A stretch of DNA of 64,000 bases, from assembly GCA_963662315.1 (NCBI GenBank), contig OY759353.1, positions 3,392,001 to 3,456,000 on the forward strand. Direction: 5' to 3'. This document shows, in pieces, positions 58,923 through 64,000 of this stretch. A program made the translations under genes and the position numbers. Source of the stretch: Geopsychrobacteraceae bacterium. Lineage in GTDB: Bacteria; Desulfobacterota; Desulfuromonadia; Desulfuromonadales; Geopsychrobacteraceae. Position 1 is the stretch's first letter. The number at the start of each line of letters is the position of its first letter. The notes below the pieces were generated by a model. It worked only from the letters and a program-made list of their open reading frames with translations. It searched no databases and had not been told where the DNA came from.

Positions 58923-60218
58923 CTAAATGTGGTGGACAGAAGATGAGAGTTTATTCATGTGCGCCGTAATAAACTCGTAAATCCGCTGCAGAGTCCTTGC
59001 GTCGCCAAAGCTGCCTGATTTAGTGATCAGGGACAGTTTCTCCGCCGGTGTTTTCAGCTGCAAATTGCCGAAGGGGGTGCCAGGAAGAACTTCCCCTTCA
59101 TAGCTTACCCCTGTTGCCTGAAGTTTTTTTACCAACTGATAGGTGGTGTGTCCCCCTATGGAAATCAGTACCGAGATTCCCTGCGTTTGGCAAATATAGG
59201 CCGTTGCCTCGGCGATAAGAGCGGCAATCTTTTCACTATTGTCACGTGGACCGTCAGTGCAGGCAGCTTCTTGAGAAGAATCCGGAGTCAGGATGTAACA
59301 GCTGTTTTGTGCGGGGTGAATGGTTTTGATCTGGTTCCAGAACTGATCTATAGCGAGCTGATCATTTGCAGCCAGGGCCTGGGTTGGTACCAGGATCTTG
59401 GTGCAGGTGTGGGTTGCTTCAAGCTGAGTGAGCTGAATACGACTGACTTCCATTCGGCTTCCGGAACTGATGAGAATATTTCCTGCAGAGAATTCTGCAT
59501 TACTGTGATTGTGATACTGTGCTGGTGGACGTTGGGCAATAGCTGCGGCAAGACCTGCTGCACCGGTAAGCAATAAACGGTTATTGCTGATCAGTGTTGC
59601 GAGGATTGCCAGTTGGGAGTTTGTCGTGGCATCACAGATGATGTGGGTGACGCCTTCAGCAAGGAATTTTTCCACGAGCTTAGATAGATGTTCGACTCCT
59701 AGTTCGGTCTCGTGCGTTGCAATGTGAGCGATTTGAGTTTCTGGCAAAGCCTCAAAAAGATCTTTTACATATGAACTTTTTACCGGATTGAGGTGGTCCT
59801 GCCCCGTTTCTGTCTCATTGATCGGTGCCCCATGAAGCAGGCAACGGCCATTCACGACAGTGCGTCCAATGTCAGGAGCCGCTGGGCAAATGATAGTTGC
59901 GGTATAACGACCGGCGTCAATGACTGCCTTTATTTCGTCATGAATATTGCCGCGCAAGGTGGAATCAATTTTTTTATAGAAGGATGTCGCTCCCCATGCC
60001 TGGCATCTTTTCACGGCTTCAACGGTTTTCTGATAAGCTAAAGCCCCGTTGTCCAGACGTGATTCAGTATTTACGGCAAGGACTTCCAAATCCTCCGGCA
60101 ACACTGCGTTTTGCAGGGATATTGGCATAAATACAGAGAAGCCCGCATGGCAAAAGTGAATGCTGGAATCTCCTGCACCAGTGAAGTCATCGGCAATTAT
60201 GGCTGTTTGTATATTCAT
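58923..60218 (-). CDS. Four-carbon acid sugar kinase family (DUF1537)
   Basis: IIADDFTGAGD, YKKIDSTLRGN, GRTVVNG, ITKSGSFG; start reset to ATG 60218. Confidence 0.88.
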   Translation of the reverse strand: MNIQTAIIADDFTGAGDSSIHFCHAGFSVFMPISLQNAVLPEDLEVLAVNTESRLDNGALAYQKTVEAVKRCQAWGATSFYKKIDSTLRGNIHDEIKAVIDAGRYTATIICPAAPDIGRTVVNGRCLLHGAPINETETGQDHLNPVKSSYVKDLFEALPETQIAHIATHETELGVEHLSKLVEKFLAEGVTHIICDATTNSQLAILATLISNNRLLLTGAAGLAAAIAQRPPAQYHNHSNAEFSAGNILISSGSRMEVSRIQLTQLEATHTCTKILVPTQALAANDQLAIDQFWNQIKTIHPAQNSCYILTPDSSQEAACTDGPRDNSEKIAALIAEATAYICQTQGISVLISIGGHTTYQLVKKLQATGVSYEGEVLPGTPFGNLQLKTPAEKLSLITKSGSFGDARTLQRIYEFITAHMNKLSSSVHHI

Positions 60219-60232
60219 GTGAGACAATATTG

Positions 60233-60247
60233 GCAAAGGCTGTGCCA
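60233..60247 (-). promoter_or_regulatory. sigma54 -24/-12 promoter of the kinase-TRAP operon
   Basis: TGGCAC-AGCCT-TTGC on the minus strand. Confidence 0.8.
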
Positions 60248-60346
60248 ACTGATAATAAGTGCCGGTATTTCGTTGTTATATATTGAAATATAAAGAGGTT
60301 ATATATAGATGAGGAGAGACCCGGTGAAATCCCTTCAGATTGCCGA

Positions 60347-60363
60347 TGGTGCTAATCGCACCA
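60347..60363. promoter_or_regulatory. Putative enhancer (UAS)
   Basis: TGGTGCTAATCGCACCA dyad 100 bp upstream of the sigma54 promoter. Confidence 0.6.
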
Positions 60364-60466
60364 CCAGTTGATATTTATTTCACCGGTTCGCTGCGGGGTG
60401 CTGGGTTCCGTTGATGATCACGAGGGAATTTATTCGCTTTGCTCACCTACGTGGTTGCTTTAAATA

Positions 60467-61987
60467 GTCGTCCCTGAAAAAATATAACTATCTGCAATTA
60501 TTGATTAAAATTGCAGCGTAAAATTGTTAAAATCACCAGAAATAGTACTTCAGCCCTTAAAACGTGGTGATTTTATGAAGCCAAAAGATACGCAGAATGA
60601 GCAATCAGATCTGTTTCGTGCCCGGCTTGATCAGATCCTGAACCGCGAACATCCCCTGTTTGTTCTGGCCAACCAGGTTGATTGGTCGGTCTTTGATGAA
60701 AAGTTTGGAACCCTCTACTCCGAAAGGGGGCGTCCTGGCAAACCAACACGGCTCATGGTGGGCTTGCATTATCTCAAGCACGCTTATGATGAAAGCGATG
60801 AATCCGTGGTCGCACGCCTTTTGGAGAATGGCTATTGGCAGTATTTTTGTGGTTTTGAGTACTTCATTCATCAACTGCCGGTCGATCCGACCTCAATGAC
60901 GCGTTGGCGCAAACGGATTGGCCCGAAGAACATGGAGCAACTCCTCAGAGAGACACTGGCAACAGCAAAGCGGGAAGAGCATTTAAACGAGCAGCACATG
61001 GAACGGGTCAATGTTGATACGACCGTTCAGGAAAAAGCGATTGCCTTTCCAACAGATTCCCGGTTGTACCACAAGGCCAGAGTCCTGTTAGTCAAAGCTG
61101 CTAAGAAACGGAATATTCCCCTGCGCCAGAGTTATGTGCGTCTGGGGAAAAGAGCCCTGATCATGAATGGTCGCTATGCCCATGCCCGACAGATGAGGCG
61201 AGCCAAGAAAGAACAGAAGAAGCTCAAAAACTATCTGGGACGCGTTTATCGCAATATATTGCGGAATTGTCCCGAGCCAGATGAAGAACTCTCCATTCTT
61301 CTGACTAAAGCCAGGCGGATTTTGTTACAGCAGCGTAGCGACAAAAATAAGCTGTACAGCCTGCATGCCCCGGAAGTGGAATGTATTGCCAAAGGCAAAG
61401 CGCATAAAAAATACGAGTTCGGCTGCAAGGTTTCCGTGGTAACGACCTCCGAAGACAACTGGATTGTCGGTGTCGAAGCTCTGCATGACAATCCATTTGA
61501 CGGGCACACCCTGAAGGGAGCCCTCAAGCAAATGAAACGGGTTGTTGGCTGGAATGCTCAAAGTGCCTATGTCGACAAAGGTTACAAAGGGAATCCGAAG
61601 AAGCTGGGGGATACCACCATTCATCTGGCAAACCGGAGCAAAAAGAGCATGAAGCCAAGCGAATGGCGCTGGTTTAAACGACGAAACGCTATTGAGCCGG
61701 TGATAGGTCACATGAAGAACGACAACCGGATGGATCGTAATTATCTCAGTGGGACCGACGGCGACAAGATGAATGCTATCCTGGCGGCTTGCGGGTTCAA
61801 CTTAAGAAAGCTCTTACGGGCTATCTTTTGGCTAATTGTCAAAGAACTTGAGCGGCACAAACTGATAAGTTTTGGCCAGATGTGCCGCACTTGGTTTCTG
61901 ATCTTTTCGTGTGAACATTTAACTCCGAATTCGGCGCCCTCAATTTAAGTTCGCCTGAGAGCCGATTTCGATTTTTTCAGGACCGAC
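60467..61987 (+). mobile_element. IS5-family insertion sequence
   Basis: Ends GTCGTCCCTGAAAA / TTTTCAGGACCGAC, flanked by direct repeat TAAATA. Confidence 0.88.
60575..61948 (+). CDS. IS5-family transposase
   Basis: VDTTVQEK, KGKAHKKYEFG, VDKGYKG, RRNAIEPVIGHMK. Confidence 0.92.
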   Translation: MKPKDTQNEQSDLFRARLDQILNREHPLFVLANQVDWSVFDEKFGTLYSERGRPGKPTRLMVGLHYLKHAYDESDESVVARLLENGYWQYFCGFEYFIHQLPVDPTSMTRWRKRIGPKNMEQLLRETLATAKREEHLNEQHMERVNVDTTVQEKAIAFPTDSRLYHKARVLLVKAAKKRNIPLRQSYVRLGKRALIMNGRYAHARQMRRAKKEQKKLKNYLGRVYRNILRNCPEPDEELSILLTKARRILLQQRSDKNKLYSLHAPEVECIAKGKAHKKYEFGCKVSVVTTSEDNWIVGVEALHDNPFDGHTLKGALKQMKRVVGWNAQSAYVDKGYKGNPKKLGDTTIHLANRSKKSMKPSEWRWFKRRNAIEPVIGHMKNDNRMDRNYLSGTDGDKMNAILAACGFNLRKLLRAIFWLIVKELERHKLISFGQMCRTWFLIFSCEHLTPNSAPSI

Positions 61988-61994
61988 TAAATAG

Positions 61995-62032
61995 TCAAAG
62001 AGGTCTCCGGGATTTGCCTGGAGACCTCTTTG
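61995..62032 (-). terminator. Hairpin downstream of pgm
   Basis: TCAAAGAGGTCTCC...GGAGACCTCTTTGA. Confidence 0.65.
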
Positions 62033-62062
62033 AGATGTAACCTTTTATTCTTGAAGTAGTTT

Positions 62063-63703
62063 TTAGCCTAGCGCCTGATTGACAATCTCCCGTGCTTCAG
62101 CCTGAATCTGGGCAAGGTGCTCCTCCCCTTTAAAACTTTCCGCATAAATTTTATAGACATCTTCAGTGCCGGACGGGCGGGCGGCAAACCAGCCATGGGC
62201 AGTGCAGACTTTGAGGCCACCAATGGCGGCACCGTTGGCCGGAGCATGGGTCAGTTTGGCGGTAATGGGGTCACCGGCCAGGGTTTGTGCTGATACCTGT
62301 TCAGGTGACAGGGCGGCCAGTTTGGCTTTTTCTTCACGATTGGCCGGAGCGTCAACCCGGGCGTAGACCGGATTGCCGAAATTGGCAACCAGGTCCTGAT
62401 AATGCTGCCCCGGATCTTTGCCGGTTACCGCCAGAATTTCACAGGCCAGCAGGGAGAGAATAATGCCGTCCTTGTCGGTACTCCAGACGCTGCCATCTTT
62501 ACGCAGGAACGATGCCCCGGCGGACTCTTCACCACCAAAACCATAGGAACCATCGACCAGTCCGTTAACAAACCATTTGAAGCCGACCGGCACTTCCTGG
62601 AGTGTGCGACCCAGTGCCTCGGCAACGCGATCGATCATGGATGAGCTGACCAGGGTTTTGCCCACTGCGGCGTCAGGCTTCCAGTTGCTGCGGTTGGCAA
62701 ACAGATAGTTAATGGCAACGGCCAGATAGTGGTTCGGGTTCATGAGTCCGACCGACCGGGTGACGATGCCGTGGCGGTCATAATCGGGGTCATTGCCAAA
62801 GGCAATATCAAAGTCATCCTTAAGGGCAACGAGGCTCGCCATGGCATAGGGAGAGGAACAGTCCATACGTACCTTGCCGTCGTGGTCGGCGGTCATAAAA
62901 CTGAAAGTATAGTCGACCGCCGCATTGCGGATGGTTATGTCCAAGCCATAGCGTTCGGCAATTGGCTGCCAGTAACGTAAACCGGATCCGCCCATGGCAT
63001 CGGCACAGATTTTCAGACCGGCCTTTTTAATAGCCGCCAGATCGATGACGTTTTCGAGATCGTTCACGTAAGGGGAAATGAAGTCATGGGCGATGGTGGT
63101 CTCGGCCTGCAGGGCGGCATCATAGGATAGGCACTTTACTCCCTGATTATTGCCGGCCAGCAGGGCGTTGGCCCGGTCGGCTATCCAGCCGGTCGCATCG
63201 GTATCTGCCGGGCCACCGTTCGGCGGGTTGTATTTGAATCCGCCGTTATCCGGAGGGTTGTGGGAGGGGGTAATGACAACGCCGTCTGCGAGCCCTTCGG
63301 TGCGCTCCTTGTTGTAGCTGAGGATGGCATGGGAGATGACCGGAGTCGGGGTATAACCGCCATCCTGGTCGATCATGACCGTCACGCCGTTGGCAGCAAA
63401 AACCTGTAGGGCGGTTTTCTCGGCCGGAATGGACAGGGCGTGGGTATCTTTGCCCATGAACAGAGGACCGGTAATGCCCTGATCTGTGCGATAGTCGCAG
63501 ATTGCCTGACTGATCGCCATGATGTGGCTTTGGGTGAAGCTGCTTTTCAGTGACGATCCACGGTGTCCGGAGGTTCCAAAAGCGACCCTCTGATCCGGAT
63601 TGCTGATATCCGGCTGGCGTTCATAATAGAGGCTGATCAGTTCAGCGATGTCGGTCAGGTTTTCAGTTTTTACCGGTTTTCCTGCGTCAGGGTGTATGGC
63701 CAT
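62063..63703 (-). CDS. pgm: Phosphoglucomutase (alpha-D-glucose-1,6-bisphosphate dependent)
   Basis: [36 protein letters not shown]. Confidence 0.95.
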   Translation of the reverse strand: MAIHPDAGKPVKTENLTDIAELISLYYERQPDISNPDQRVAFGTSGHRGSSLKSSFTQSHIMAISQAICDYRTDQGITGPLFMGKDTHALSIPAEKTALQVFAANGVTVMIDQDGGYTPTPVISHAILSYNKERTEGLADGVVITPSHNPPDNGGFKYNPPNGGPADTDATGWIADRANALLAGNNQGVKCLSYDAALQAETTIAHDFISPYVNDLENVIDLAAIKKAGLKICADAMGGSGLRYWQPIAERYGLDITIRNAAVDYTFSFMTADHDGKVRMDCSSPYAMASLVALKDDFDIAFGNDPDYDRHGIVTRSVGLMNPNHYLAVAINYLFANRSNWKPDAAVGKTLVSSSMIDRVAEALGRTLQEVPVGFKWFVNGLVDGSYGFGGEESAGASFLRKDGSVWSTDKDGIILSLLACEILAVTGKDPGQHYQDLVANFGNPVYARVDAPANREEKAKLAALSPEQVSAQTLAGDPITAKLTHAPANGAAIGGLKVCTAHGWFAARPSGTEDVYKIYAESFKGEEHLAQIQAEAREIVNQALG

Positions 63704-63960
63704 CCTTTGCTCCTGTGATGGGTTTATGAGTAATTGTGTATAATACCTGCATGAAATCATTTAAGTGCTATTATACACGACAGGTCGTATTTTTACCTGA
63801 TCTTGTCTTGACAGGGAATACCTTTGGGCGGAAAGATTAGTTTTCAGAATTGTCATGTAGCTGCCATTCCTGGGGATCGCGGTTTTGCCCAGTGTGGTAT
63901 CGGGGGAATAACTTAAAAACAATGTTGCCTGTGTATGAACAGGCCAGGAAAGGAAGGGAA

Positions 63961-64000
63961 ATGAAAAAAACAGGACTATTGATAGTGATTGGTATGTTTA
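63961..64000 (+). CDS. Start of an exported protein running off the window
   Basis: Purine-rich SD then MKKTGLLIVIGML. Confidence 0.4.
   Translation, partial: MKKTGLLIVIGMF

Noticed and set aside
60219..60248. ORF-track start of the kinase at 60248
   Set aside because: Overlaps the sigma54 promoter; the family motif begins just after Met at 60218

Overview
64 kb of bacterial chromosome, most consistent with a Desulfuromonadales-type deltaproteobacterium (inferred from gene content, not proven). In order: AEC transporter, CsaA-like protein and an unknown hydrolase-like gene; modE, a beta-barrel gene and modABC; an unexplained permease-less trio (signal-less solute-binding protein, Cys-rich HypB/UreG-like GTPase, ABC ATPase); PAS-GGDEF-EAL; orphan opgG; DUF4139; ynbA/ynbB-like lipid genes; M48 peptidase; LysR with a Tat-exported SorA/SorT-type sulfite dehydrogenase and its cytochrome c. 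Positions ~25.9-33.8 kb are a decaying integrase-less integron cassette array (attC sites). It has been invaded by an IS4 without target duplication, a RAYT transposase bounded by perfect 24-bp inverted repeats, tandem ~424-bp hairpin-rich repeats and the 5' fragment of a group IIC-attC intron. An RND efflux plus RstAB-like operon, NhaC-family, LysE, MFS, hemerythrin-like and NlpC/P60 genes follow. The right end holds a two-operon sigma54-controlled TRAP/acid-sugar catabolic locus of unknown substrate, an IS5 and pgm. A ~120-bp promoter-hairpin element (candidate sRNA) occurs twice, each time in front of cassette-like DNA. All calls are from reading the sequence; no searches were run.
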